The notes beneath the pieces were generated by a model. The model was not told the origin of the DNA and ran no database searches. It saw only the letters and a list, made by a program, of their open reading frames with translations. Both the position numbers and the translations under genes were made by a program. Below, in pieces: positions 36,606 through 49,284 of a stretch of 64,000 nucleotides of DNA. Origin of the DNA: Lama guanicoe (taxonomy: Eukaryota). The stretch covers positions 1,420,974 to 1,484,973 of the forward strand of contig MU053379.1 in assembly GCA_013239625.1 (NCBI GenBank), given 5' to 3'. The first letter of the stretch is position 1. Each line of letters opens with the position of its first letter.

Positions 36606-39600
36606 ACACTGTGATGTCTTTAGCAGAGTCCCTTCCCGAGCTTTGGGTTCGACACATCTATGTGAATCTTTGCCAATTTGATGGATTGAAAAATAGGAGA
36701 AGGTAAGAGCATGCTTCACTTAAAGAAAAGTCAGTGAATTCCCAATTGCCCAAAGAAACTGAGTGGCGGCCGTGAGAGGAGGTGGGGAGGGGCCTGGCTT
36801 CGTGGGATGCGCTGCCGAGCAACTCAGGCAGAAGCTCCAGCAGCCTCCACCGCGAGAGCCTGGCTTCTCCACCTGCACTGTAGCCAGGAGATGGGAAAAG
36901 TGACTGTTTCATGTTTCACCCCTCATTTCTCTCTGCCCACCCCTAATCGGAAGGGTCTGCCGAGCTGCAGAACAGACCAGACAGAACAGCACGGGGGCTG
37001 GGGGCCATCCCCAGAGTGACGGATTTGGCTTCAGTGCGTGGGTGGGGCGGTGTCCAGTGCCCCTTTGCTGGCTGCTGCTGGCTCCTGGGATGGCATTTGG
37101 TCCACTTATCCTTGGCTTCTGTGTTGGTTGATTCAGGGCTGCGTGATGGACAGACCTTTGGATCCCAGCCTGGTGTCCGATGCTTGGGTGCGCTGGACAC
37201 ATACTTGGCGGCCCTTTGAATTAGTCTGTCTCGGGCCCCAGAAAGGCAGGAGGGTGAAGGGAACTACCATCTGCTCACCTCCCGGCCCCTGTTCCGCACT
37301 TTTCTCTGGTCTTATTCTCACTGACTGCCGTACCCGCCTCCAAAGGAGGAACAGAAAGAGGCATTTAGTGTACATTACTTTATTCAGGTGACAATGCAGT
37401 TAATCACAGTCATAAGTAACGTACAACTTAAAATTTCTCTTCCACGTGAACTCTGTGGGCAAGTGAGTGTTTTCGTGTTTGCGGCTTTTGTTTGCTCTGC
37501 CTGGACGCAGGGCTTCACAGCCCTTCCCGGCCCACGTGCGTTTACATGGTTTGAGGTTTCAGTGTGCTGCTTCTGTAAACCTCAGGAAGACACAGATTTT
37601 TCCACTGGGGAGGTGGTAGCACGTTGCATTTTTTGTGAACTGGAGCCCTGACCTTTGAAAATGTTGCTGAAGAATCCGTGTTGTCCTGGTGCCACTCTGA
37701 GGACTTAGGGAACATTTCAGTGACAAATTGTTCCTGGTGTATTTTAGTGTTTTGTTTTTCTTCATGGAGCTGTTTCCTATCACTTCAGAACACTGGACAC
37801 GGGGTTGGGGGAAGGTGGTTGAAACTGGCTGAGGTGACTGCAGTGTCCACCCAGTGCTCCGGTGCCGCTCTGGAGGACACCTGTCCCCGGGGATGCTGTT
37901 CTGAAGGCCCGTGGTAGCCCTGGGCCCCGGGCCCCGGTGTCCAGCCAGTACTGCCCGATGAAGGTGTTCTGCTTCCCCAAGCTTCAGAACCTTCCGTGGA
38001 CACTGTTTTGCGAAATTCTCCCCGCATCCCAGAGGAGACCTGCTGCAGCTTTCCTGCTGGAGAGGGCGGAGAACTGGGGGGCTGAGTCAGACGAGAACCG
38101 GATCCCAAACACCCTCTTATCCTCCTCCCTTTCCTTGGCTTGACTACACTGTTGTCCAGATACATCTACAAACAAAGGTGACATTCAGGAGCAGCCACGC
38201 TGCTAAAGTCTCCAGCTGTAATTTGAGAAATAGAGTTGCTTCTTTTTAAAAACTAAACTTCTGCTCTCTGTGCTGGCCACACAGGTGTGATCTTCCTAAA
38301 ATGGGCTTGGTGAGAGGGAAGAGGGGGGCTTGATTCTACAACACTGCACCCTGGGTGCTCTGGTCTCTGGTGTAGTAAATGATACATGCAGGTTTCCCCG
38401 AGATTTTTGAGATGATGTGAGAGCTTTCTGGGTGGAAATATAAAAGAAAGGCAAGGAAAAGAGTTTGAAACCAAGAGGTGCTCAAAACTCAAATGTCAGT
38501 AGGACCAAGACAGGACAGCAAACAAGAGAAGGGAGTGGAGACTGCTTATGTTGGGGACGAATCTGATACAGGCAGCCTCTGGTCGGAGGGGGTCTCGGGA
38601 GGGCCGGGAGCCTCCTCTAGGCCGGCACCTGCAGGTGTCCCAAGCCCCGTCACCCGGTGGGAGGAGACAGAGCTGATTGTTACAGGTTTCTAGGTGAGGG
38701 GTGGGCTGTTAGCACCTCCGCTGGTAATTCCCTGCACTGCCTGCCTGGAAGCTGTTCTTTCTTTGGAATTTGCGTCCTCCTGGGTTAACCCTCTGCCTTC
38801 CTACTCACTGGAGATGTCTTATCTCTTGAGTTCTGACACTTGCCACTTTCTGCAAACTCATTATAATATGTTTCAAGGAATTTATATATTGAAACTTGAT
38901 GACAGGTGAGGACAAACTGTAACTGAGATCTGTTTTGAATGAAGAGATGGGATAAGTATGTGAGAAATAAACTTTCAGGATTTAAAATGGACGGGCTCTA
39001 AATGCTGGATGTTGAGATGAAGTTGTCCAGGTGAACTCTTTACCGCCCAGGAGGACAGCGCCTTACTTTTTTGGTGTCATATTCGTTTTCTGTCTCAACC
39101 TCCCCATCCTGCTCCTTGTCGCCACCCCATCCCTCCTCCTGCATCCACCTCTCTCCCCTGCTCACCCGGGATCCCCACAGAGAATTGATTTCCTATATTT
39201 TCAGAATATTTTGGACTCAGAATCAGTAAACGCTTCCAGACGCAGGTCTTCTTGCTGTCCTGTCCCTTGGCTTTCCAGGAGAGCTTTTTCCTCCGTATTT
39301 GGCCAGAGGATGGATTACGAGGAGTGGAAGGACCCCAGGCTTTATGTCATGGGTATTCTTTGAATATTAAAGAAATGTCTGATTTGCTGCCAGAGTTAAA
39401 CTCATGGTGAGCCACATTCTTAATGAAGTCTGTCCAAGAATGAGCCCGGTCTTATTTCTGGTTTTCCTGAGATCAAACATTTGAGTGGTGAAAGCATTTC
39501 TTGATTTACATTTTCTTTGATTGCATCTGAAAAGGCCTGTTGGCCTGACAACAGTTGCTATGGAGATGATACGTGTGGTTAGTGCTGTTGGGCAGTCTAT

Positions 39601-41516
39601 CAGAAGCATCAGGTGCCTCTTTGTTCACGGTGTAGAGCGAGGCTCTGCTACAACGCATGTGACAGTGACTCGCCCTAACCTTGTGCTTTCTATCTGATGA
39701 TCTGGGACCCACAGGAAACACACCCCAGCTGCGGTGGTGGTTGTAATTGGCCACTGCTGTCTTTAATTTTTTGAAGAGTCTGGAACTTGAGGTCCCTTTT
39801 TTTTTTGAAGAACAGATATTAAAATGAGATTTTAAATAATAACCCTCTGATTTATATGTAACACCGACCTGTCTGATGGACAGGAGAGAAAATGAATAAA
39901 CTGTTGGAAACTGACCTTACCAACCTGGCCGTGACCACTCTCAGCTTCTTTTTGGTGGGTTATAATCACTCCAGAATGTTCGAGGTGAGTGAGGTTAGTT
40001 ATTTGCCCCGTCACCTCCCTGCAAGATGAGACGGAAACAGTCATCAGACCAAATCCTGCTCCGTGAGATTTATTAAAGAAAAGCGTGTTAACAGCCAGCA
40101 TGAAGCAGCTTCTGCGCCACGTTCTGTTAGCTTGCTGAAGCCCCCGTGCTCAAACAGGTGCGGCATCTGCTAGACTCAGAGGCAGGAACTGTTACCTGTA
40201 GGGTCTGCACTAGGTCCCTGGGTCCGCGTTAGGATCCTGGTCCTGGGTCAGCGTGGGAGGGATCGCTCACGGGCAGAGGAGCCTGGGGCACCTTGCCCAG
40301 GCCCAGAGGCTACGCACCTAGGGGGGTTCTTATACTCCGTTTATCAGGGGTGGGAGTTGGCCTCAAATACTGTAGCCACGCCCCATCTCATGAATACCAC
40401 TCATGTCACCTGTCAGAACCCATTTCTGATTCCCGATTTGCTGATGAACAGGTCACTGACTTGCTGCCGATGCCCACTTCCATCACTCGTGTTGTAGCAC
40501 ACGGTCCGTCTCGAGGTGGGGATCACGAAGCCCCCGGCGCTGCTGCCTCTGGAGCATGGTCCTGACCAGAACCCTCCTGCGCTGTCAGTGCCAGACAGGC
40601 CGTGCGGCCAGGCCTCGGGGTCTTTGCCTGGGGAGGCGGCGCGGCAGCCACGCAGCTGCTTTCGGTGGCAGCGACAGCCGTCTTCATAAGGCGATCTCAA
40701 GCAAATGGGGAGCCCGTACTTCTGGGGTCAGGGTACAAAGTGCATCCGGTTCAGAGTGGATGGTGGGTTAAACTTTGGCAGCATTGTCTTGAAGTGGTTT
40801 TCTGAATTAGTGAGTTGACCCCAAGGTCAATTTTCTACCCTGTGAAAATCCTCCAGCTGGTTCCTCGCCCCTGAGACCACCAGATGGGCTTCTGCTTTAA
40901 ACTGTGTGTCGGTACTTTCTTGGACTCCTGATAGTTTTTAACTGTTCTTTCCATGATGTTGACAAGCATCCAGCTGCAAGAGGTAAGCTTTCTCTACTCT
41001 TTATCCCAGTGACTTTTTTTTTTTTTTAATCTGGTGAGTGGTTGGTGGCTAAGTGGTCCTGAGCGCTGAGCCCCACACTGTCAGGCCTCCTGACGGGGAT
41101 GTGGGCTCGTCATCTCCGGGCAGAGACTACTGGACGTGCTGAGCTGTCCATCAGTTTGGGACATCGTGTAAGCAATCCGATTCATTTACAGTCTGGTTTG
41201 CTTACAAGGCATGGAATTATTTTAAGCGTTACAATGCAGCAATCAGGCGAGGCCGTTCACAGACACTCATAAGACCAGATGTCACCGGCTTGAGCCTCAT
41301 TGATTTGCCTGGATGCCACGTATGGCTCAGGTTTACCTCACTGGGAATTTTATGGAATCCATAAAGAACGTCTCTGTTTTTGGAGGAAGTGTTTTACTGG
41401 AAGGTTTCAATATGAAAATGAAACATAGTTACCTAGAGAGGAGGCAGGATGGGGATTGGAGCAGACTTGTCAGAAATCACATGAGCAGGAAGGGAGAAAA
41501 GTATTTCAAGTGGTGA

Positions 41517-41995
41517 AAGAAAAATCCACCAATTTAGAAAAATGTACGCATTGAAGTGACCTTTCCAAAGTGAAAGAGGAATAAAGACTTTCTCAGGCAA
41601 ACAAAAGTGGGAGGATTCATTACCAGCAGACCTGACTTGTAGGAAGTCCTTCAGACAGAAGGAAAATGATGGAGGTCAGAAACCTGGATCTCCATAAAGA
41701 ACAGAAGACTCCCAGAGAAAGAGTAAACTAAGGCGAGATCGAATTTTTAATTTTTCTTATTCTTAATTGGTCCCAAAGCGAACCGTTTAAATCAATAATA
41801 GCGGTGATGCACTGGGTGATGAAAGCACACGGGTGAGTGAGACGAGGGCAGCTCCGTCAGCAGGGGTGGGGCGTGCGCCTGTGCGCGCCCTGCACGGCAG
41901 TGTTAGCTCTGCGGGGTTTGAAGGTAGACTTAGGTCGGTGAAGAGTGCGTGTTGTGAGCTCTAGGGCAATCACTAGGTTTCAAAACGAAGCATAA
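41517..41995 (+). mobile_element. Ancient L1M fragment (ORF1 end / inter-ORF region)
   Basis: aataaagactttctcaggcaaacaaaag...attcattaccagcagacctg...gtccttcagacagaaggaaaatgat. Confidence 0.7.
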
Positions 41996-41999
41996 TTGA

Positions 42000-44900
42000 C
42001 CCATGGAGAGAGCGAGCACACGGTTGTGAAGGCGCGTCTGCCTTCTTCTGCTGTAGGTACCACGTGTTTCAGTTGCCTGTTTATATTCCTGATCAGACAG
42101 CTCCTCCGAGGGTGATGGATTAATGTGTGATGTGATATGTGTCCATTTGATGTGCTGTCTCTCTGCCCGCTGTCGGACTCTGTATGCTGGAAACCGTGCT
42201 GCTTGGTTTGAAGAGACGTAACCTAGTGGTCCCGAGGGGCACTCTCTCTTTTGTTTCAGTTCTTCAGTGGTGCTTTGAGCATTAGCACCTACCAGCCAGT
42301 TTGCAAAGCCCAGTCTGGAGTAAGCGTGTGGGAACAGTCAGGTTGGGTCTGCAGGCAGCGGTCCGTGTTGTCCATTTGGCGGCTGCACACAGGACCATCC
42401 CCGGGGAATCTGCCCCGTACCTGTCTGCGGTCTCACTTGCCAGCAGACAGGTCAGTCTGTTGGAATTTTGTGCCTCAGAGGGGACAAGAGGACTGTGTTG
42501 ATGTCCCTCCCGTCTCTGCATGACCGTGGCTCCCTAGTGCTTGTTCGTTTCCTGGAGCTAGGGGGCTAGTCCCAGTGAGCACACCAGGGTGCCCACCTGT
42601 CGGCTTCAGGCACCTCCTGATCTTGGAAGAGGGTTCTCACCGGTACTAACATGTCCATTAAGCCCCTTTAATTCCCATGGGGGCTTCCATAGGTCTGAGC
42701 CCCATACGGGTGTCCTTCTAATTGCCCAGTTTTCCATTTGCCCGTCTGTCCGAACGTGTGGCAGTCCATTGGCTACGGCCCATGAGTCTGTAAACACTCA
42801 AATTTCAGCACTCTTACTGTCTCATTCTTCCATCTTTGTAAGGAAAAGAGTATGCGATTTAGGCCGCTGATTTACCCTTAGCCCTCTTTAATCGGGGTTT
42901 CCCTCTCAGCCGGTTGTGGTTTGAGAAGCCTTCCCAGCAGAAAGCCATCCAGCAGCCCTGGAATACCAGCTGTGCAGCGAGGAGCTGCTGGTCACCTGGG
43001 GGCCTCACAGGGCCTTGCCCAGGTCCTGACAGGGTCTGGCAACTCTTCATGTGGATCCAAATTGGCCCCGGGGGAAAACAGGCTCCCAGCTCCTGAATAC
43101 AGTGAGTAAGTCCTTGGGTTCCTCCGGGCGTGTATGTCTGTCTGAACTGTTCCCGTTGTAGTAGGCCCTCCTCTGTGAGTGGCCTTCCTTATTACAGTGT
43201 TTCCCTGACACCACCCAGTGGGTTTTTCACATTTCAAGATTACTTTATGTCCTTCAGTTGTAGGGGCAACTTTCATTAATATCCAATAGCAAGTCAAACT
43301 TGTCTTGCTATTGGGTATTAATTGTCTCTCAAGTGCTGTGTGCCATTCTACCATGTCTGGAAATTTTCTCTCCAGAATACCAGTGGTCGCCACATGGTGG
43401 CCTTCGTGGGCTTTTGCCATGAGCCCCAGTGGACCCCCGGGCCCGAAGGCGCTGACCGAGCCTCTGCTTTTGCAGCTCAGACACAGCCTGACGTAGCTCA
43501 TGCAGATAGGGACCATTCACACGTGTCCTTTGGGGGAGTTTAGTGGTCGGGAGCTGGGTGTATCCCCAGATGTGGGGTGTGTGTCCTCCCAGCCCAGGCA
43601 GCCTGCCCGGGCGCTGTGCTTAGGTGCGGGGATAGGAAGGACCACCCTTGACCTTTGGTGTCGGTGGTGTGTGACAGGTGGCTCCCGCGTAAATGACTCC
43701 TAAGATCTTCACTGTCCGGTCGGGCCCTTGGAGGTTTGCTGGGCTTCCAGCCGCCGCTGTGAGTCATGTGTGGAGGCCCTGCTTTATTCAGTCCAGGCCC
43801 GCTCTTCAGTTTCTGCTGTTACAGTAGCATCACTGCAGAGAATCGGCACACTCAGGACCCGCGTGAGGTACAGATGCTTCCTGACCGGGTTGTAACAGGA
43901 AGCTGGTGCATTCAGACTGCTCTGTGGCAATGCAGTCAATACAGACGGGTATCCTTTCCATGGGAAGGTGGACCACAGCTGGCTCTTCGGCGGTGGTTCT
44001 TGAGAAGAATGCGTTTTCAGGATCAATGACTGTCTCCTACGTTTGTATTTTTTCTTTGTCAGAACCGTGTCCGGGACTCCTGATGCGATCCGTGTCACTA
44101 CTTTTTTCAAGCTGCGACAATCTCCTTTTAGTCTCCAGGAGCCATCTGCCTTTTTCACAGGCTACACGGGGCTGTTACACAGAGCAAGTGCTGGTACTTC
44201 AACATGTCGTTAATTAGGGCAGTAATTTCTGTTTGTCCACGAGGAATTCTGTGTTCTTTCACAGTATGGATCCTGTGTGGGGAGTGTGTTCCCCCGTCAG
44301 ACATAATATCCGTCCCAGCATTACATTCAGGTAAGGGAGAGGCAGTCAGGTCACATCAAGTCTGTCCCACATTCCAATTCTCATGCCAGCTTTTATCATA
44401 ATCCCCCCAGCTGCTACATCCCCGAATCCTCCCTGTCTGATTGTATCCCCTTTCGGGATCTCACTGGCAGGTTTGGAATCACAGAGCGTTGGGCTCCTGT
44501 GTCAGGGAGCCTCAAAAAAGTTTCTTCACTCGTGGGCAGTTTTACGCACACATGTGCACATGGCCTTGGGTCCCCAGCCAGGGGTCAGGCCAGGAGCCTG
44601 GCTCCTTCGTCAGTCCTTACTCTGATTAATGAGTCATAATGTCGCCCCCAGAGATCAGGGTCAGACTTCTCATTGTCATCTTTGACTTCTGGCTTTTAAA
44701 TTCCTCCAAACTGTAGTAAACAGAGCAATTTTGTCCAAGTCCTTTCAGTGTTTGGGGCATCGGTTGGCCCAGCCTCCAGTCATGTTACGTTAAGACCTTT
44801 GTGTCGACCCTATCAGTGTCCAGGGTACTCACCCGAGTCTTAATAACCATCTAAAGACTTCTGCGTGTTGAGGAGTTCCTTGGCCACCCCCTTTGTCTTT

Positions 44901-45808
44901 CCCTGTCATCTTGTGAATTGCTTTAATTTGTTTTTAGCATCCTTAAGACCTGGAAGGGGAAGCTGAGACGACAAATCTGATACAGCGTCCCACACCGGCC
45001 AGAGTGGCTCGCACGTGCCGCGTATCCACCGCTCTGTCTGAGGGGCCGTATCTCGCATTTGAAGGAGGAGGAGGAGCGTTCTTCTGTGTCAGTAGTGGCC
45101 TGTGTCCAGTCCGCCAGGCTGGCTGTCCCCTTGGGGGCAGGCCGCTGTGTGTGTGCATCATGTCAGCTCATCTGTGATTGTCCTGTTGTGAGCTCCGGGT
45201 CCAGCACCCACCCAGACTGCTCCTCTGAGTGGCGGTGCTCACAGCCAGAGAACTACTTTTAGTTAAGCTCTTCAGGAAGCTGGCGGTACCAGGTCCCAAG
45301 ACAAGATGGCTCCATCACCGTACACCCCTTGGATGCAGGTGCAGCCATTTCTTGGTTTTATCCCCTGACCCCTTGCTGCCCGGGCTGCCTCCTCTGTGAC
45401 CGACCAGGTCACAGCAGTGCTCTCTGTAGTCCCAGCACAGTTTTTCCATTTGGTAGTGGCCGCAAGGACAGTGGCCATAGCTCGGACTGCCTGAAATTCA
45501 ACCTTGATGCAGTGCCGGCATGTGACCCAACACTGTCCTTTACTTTTATTCCAGTCCTCATGGCTGACAGTAACCAAAGGGTCTGCAGGCCACCTGTATC
45601 TCATTATTTTGCATTCCTTTGTGTCCAGTGGGCCAGTTCCTTGGGAGTTCGGCCCATGAGTTTTAAATTCCTTTGGTGACTCGCCCCCGGCAGCGATCAC
45701 AGCACAGCTGCCGTCTTGCTGTGAGGACTCGGTGGCCAGGGGACGTCAGAGGCTGGTTTGTCTTTGCCATAGTTCCGAGGGTCAGAGTCGTTTCAGTGAG
45801 CCCCGCTT
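42000..45808 (-). mobile_element. Decayed ERVL (class III) internal region: gag-pro-RT-RNaseH-IN, 3'-truncated
   Basis: Minus-strand remnants in retroviral order: gag-like (~44780-45700), protease LPDTGAQ (~44490-44510), RT KKADGSWRL...LPQSSLNAPASCYN (ORF 43784-44158), RNase H FTDSWAVANGL (ORF 42606-42797), integrase-like (~42060-42500). Many stops and frameshifts. Confidence 0.9.
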
Positions 45809-46252
45809 CTGTGTTGGGGTCTCCAAGACCACCTTCAGCCTCGATGATTTGCTGGAAGGACTCCCGGGACCCAGAGGTTGTCACAGTTAACAGTTTGTTA
45901 CAGTGAAAGGATGCAGACTAAAACGAGGGAGGGGAAAAGCGCGTGGACTGAAGTCTGGGGGAAGCCAGGTGCCAGCTTCCAGGTGCCCCCCCGGTGCTTA
46001 GTTCCCCAGCCATGAGGTGCGACCATGTGTGCAGAGAGCTGCCCACCGGGGAAGTCCGCCCCACCCTGTGCGTCCGGGCTTTGTGTTGGAGCTCAGTTAC
46101 CGAAGCTCCAGCCCCCTGGAGGGAGAGCGGGTTCCCCACAAATCACGTTGTAAGTGTAAACCATCCGACACCCCTCCAGAGAGACACGGGGCCCCAGGCT
46201 TGCAGACACTCATCAGCAGGAGCTCCCGGAGGCCAGTCAGGAGGGCAGTCTA
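45809..46252 (-). mobile_element. 5' LTR of the ERVL (MER21-like), incomplete
   Basis: tgtgttggggtctccaagaccaccttcag...gatgatttgctggaaggactc...ttacagtgaaaggatgcagactaaaa resembles the remembered MER21 consensus and abuts the gag leader. Confidence 0.75.
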
Positions 46253-46669
46253 GATGAATTTCCAGAAGCAGCATTTCTGTTGTCTTGTTTATACGTTTTG
46301 TTAGGTATTGCCAATTTGCCCTCTGAATGTTTATGATTTACATTCCTGACAGCGATGTGTTCTTGCCAGTATCGTGTGCGCTTCTCACATCTGTGTCAGT
46401 TTTGTAGATGTTAAGTGGTCTGGGTGTAATTCGCACATCTTCTCTCGTAGGTGAGACTGAATCTTTTAAAACGCGTTTATTGGCTATCGGCGTTTTGTGT
46501 GGGTGCGCGTTGCCTGTCCCCTTCTTCTGTTTTTAAACCAAGATGTTCTTTCCCCTTGCCTTTCGTTTCACCTTCTCTCCAGCACTTCCGTCCTTGCAGT
46601 GGACCCTGTCCTGGGCTACTCGTAGACCAGGCGAGAGCAGAAAGTTTTGTGGAAGAGGCTTCATGAGAA

Positions 46670-47130
46670 GTCAGTTGGCTCTCACAGTCCTGCAGATGTT
46701 TCTTCAGCACCTGCTTTGTGCCAGGTACTTCTTGGCACCTGGGATAAGGCAGCGAAGAGAAAAAACCTGCATGGAACGTGCATTATGCGTGTGTGTCGGG
46801 GCGTGTGTGGAGCCCTGGGAAACAGTGCCCACGTGCACGAGTGTGTCGGGTGGCATTGAATGTGATGGAGGAAAGTCAGGCCAGAAGGACGGAGTTCCTG
46901 GTGGGCCACGTTTTTAGGGAAGCTGTTTGCATCAAGGCATGAGGAAGGGAGAAGCCATGCGGAGGTCATGGGAAAGGCGTTCCAGGTGGAGGGAACAGCC
47001 AGTGTGGTCCCAGAGAGGGCCAGTGCCCAGGGAGCTTGAGAAAGGGAATGGGTGGGTGCTGGGCCAGTGGACGTAAGACCCCAAATCTGAACTGCTGTAG
47101 AATTCAGGAGCGTGGATCACAGAAGGGCCT
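46670..47130 (-). mobile_element. LINE-2 fragment
   Basis: cagcacctgctttgtgccaggtact...gcgttccaggtggagggaacagccagtg. Confidence 0.65.
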
Positions 47131-47574
47131 TCTGCTAAGAAGCAAGCACTTCCCAGTGCTGGTAACCTAGGTCAGACTGGAATAGAGAAAAAAAAGGTGC
47201 ATGATGTTTGAATTAATAAATGTAGTGTTTTGAATGATGCATTCACAGACTTTTGACAGCAAGAAGGTAGTTTTCTAGAGGTGGAGAAAGCTTGTATGCA
47301 GGAGGCTGTTTAATCTGAATTCTTCTTCCTTCATCCTTAGGCAAGGCGTCCTGACCTCATCTCCTATGTCTGAGGTTGTTCAGTTAGTTGTTTCTGCCCT
47401 CAGGGGAGGGCCCTTTCCCAGAAGAGCAATCTCGGGCCAGGGGCTGGTTTCACAGAGCGAAACAGACTATTTCTTTGTCTGTTCGAGTTAGTAAAACCCA
47501 TACATTCACCATCTGTGTTTGAAGCTGAAGTTACATTTGAGTACAAGAACGTATTTCCTTGATTTTCAAAAGAT

Positions 47575-47950
47575 ACTTGTTCATTCAGTAGTTGTTTGTT
47601 CATCTTCCAAATATTTGTTGGTGACCTGGTGTCCCATGCATGGTACTGGGACAAAACTGACACAGAGCCACTCCTCATTGGTTGTTCAGACTTGGGGGGG
47701 GTAAGGCAGACGTTCTCGAAACAATCCTACAAATGAGTATGTAACTATCAACTGATACACGTCGTGAAGTGTAAATAAATACAGGGTGTCATGCGAGAGC
47801 GGGTCTGGGGTCCTGGACTCATCTGGGGTGTCAGGAAAGCTGCCCTGAGGAGGTCAAGTTGAGCTGAAGAATGAGGAGCACTGATGAGATGAAGTGGGAC
47901 AGGAAAGCGATCCAGGAGCAGGAGCAGCGTGTTCAAAGGTCCTGAGAAAG
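47575..47950 (-). mobile_element. LINE-2 3' fragment
   Basis: ttcattcag...caaatatttgttg...gtcaggaaagctgccctgaggaggt...gagctgaagaatgagg...caaaggtcctgag. Confidence 0.7.
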
Positions 47951-49085
47951 GGCAGGTGACTGGGCGTTCTGATATAACAGCTGGGAGATGCCTCACAGTC
48001 TTTAGATGTAGTTAAATACGTTTCGGGGCATAAACAGTTACCTTTGAGCATCTGAAGGACCCCTTTCTGAAACAGTTTACTTTCCTGTAATAGGTGGCTG
48101 AATGCTGGTTTTGTTGTCTGCTTATTTTAAGTCCTGGCGTTTGGCCTCTTAGCCATGATGCATTCTCCCGAGCAAAGATTTTCTTCTTGGAAGGGGTGCT
48201 GAGTCGGGCAGTGCCTGCAGAGTGCTGTGCTGGAGAGCTCGGGGGTCCTGGCCCGCGCTCGCCCTTGACGGGGGCAGCGGGGTGGGAGGTGGAGCAGCAG
48301 TTGGGGTCAGCAGCAGCCAGGAGGGGATGACCGAATGAGAAATCAAAAATTCAGAACCCTCTGAAAGCATTACAGACCATTATGGGATTTGAAATTAGAA
48401 GCATTGTGTGCATTTTTAATATTCTGCTAGGAAAAAGACCGTAGCCACATTAATGTTTAATGCGTGGACCGGAATAGCCAGCTAGCAGCCCTCCGTGGCC
48501 TCGCTGGTTCCAGCCGTGTCCAGAGGGAAGGCGTCGGGGTCTATTTTAGGCCTGTCTTTGGCACCTGGACCCTACCTACCGTGGAACGAGCGCCTGAGGT
48601 CTGAGCTGCCCTTGCTCTCCTGTGTGAGCAGATGTCCATTTGACCGAAGAAGAACGGTTTGCTCCGTGTTCTCCACCCCTCCCCCTTGTGTATATGTTAT
48701 GTGCGGTTTACAGGGGTTACACACAGGCAGGCAATTATAAATTCTTTTGCCAGTCTTCTCTCCAGACTTCTGTAGAACCAGCTATAGAGTTTCTTTAGAG
48801 TCGTTCTGTTGGGGACAGAAGAAGGGAAAGGAATACACATTAGCCCCCCCCTCCAATTTTCATTTGAGCAGTGGTGCAGTTGAGATTTCCATTTGCTTGT
48901 GGATTCGAGGTACCGTCTGTCTCCAGGGAGGTTTATTTGGACAGTGGCATGTGGGGCGGGTGGGGGACAGGGGACAGGGAGGACTCTTTTGTCACTAACA
49001 GTGTTTGGAATTGCCAGTGCATATTGACAGTAGAAACCAGGGTGACCTCTAGTCAGTTTCATTTTTGTTTTCAGACTGTCTAGGC

Positions 49086-49284
49086 TGGCACCGTCCAGTG
49101 GGATTTCCTGTGCTGTCGGAAGCATTTTACATCTGCACTGTCCAGGACAGTGGCCACTAGCCACCTGTGACCAGTGGGCCCTTCAGATGCGGCTGGTGTG
49201 CTTGTGGAGCTTAAAACTGACCTTTATTAAGTTGAAGTTTAAGGAGCCACGTGTGGCCAGGGGTTACCATATTGGACAGCTCAG
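49086..49284. mobile_element. MER3-like hAT-Charlie MITE, near full length
   Basis: atctgcactgtcc...gtggccactagccacctgtg...agccacgtgtggcc...ccatattggacagc. Confidence 0.85.

Noticed and set aside
40953..40988. ATG...GAG|GTAAGC mini first exon (MMLTSIQLQE)
   Set aside because: Good donor, but no convincing acceptor or promoter, and the peptide is not recognised.
41168..41205. Hairpin gtaagcaa...ttgcttac
   Set aside because: Perfect stem is only 8 bp; too short for a pre-miRNA.
42992..44158. ERV ORFs as a domesticated gene
   Set aside because: Frames switch between motifs and the catalytic motif is degenerate, consistent with neutral decay.
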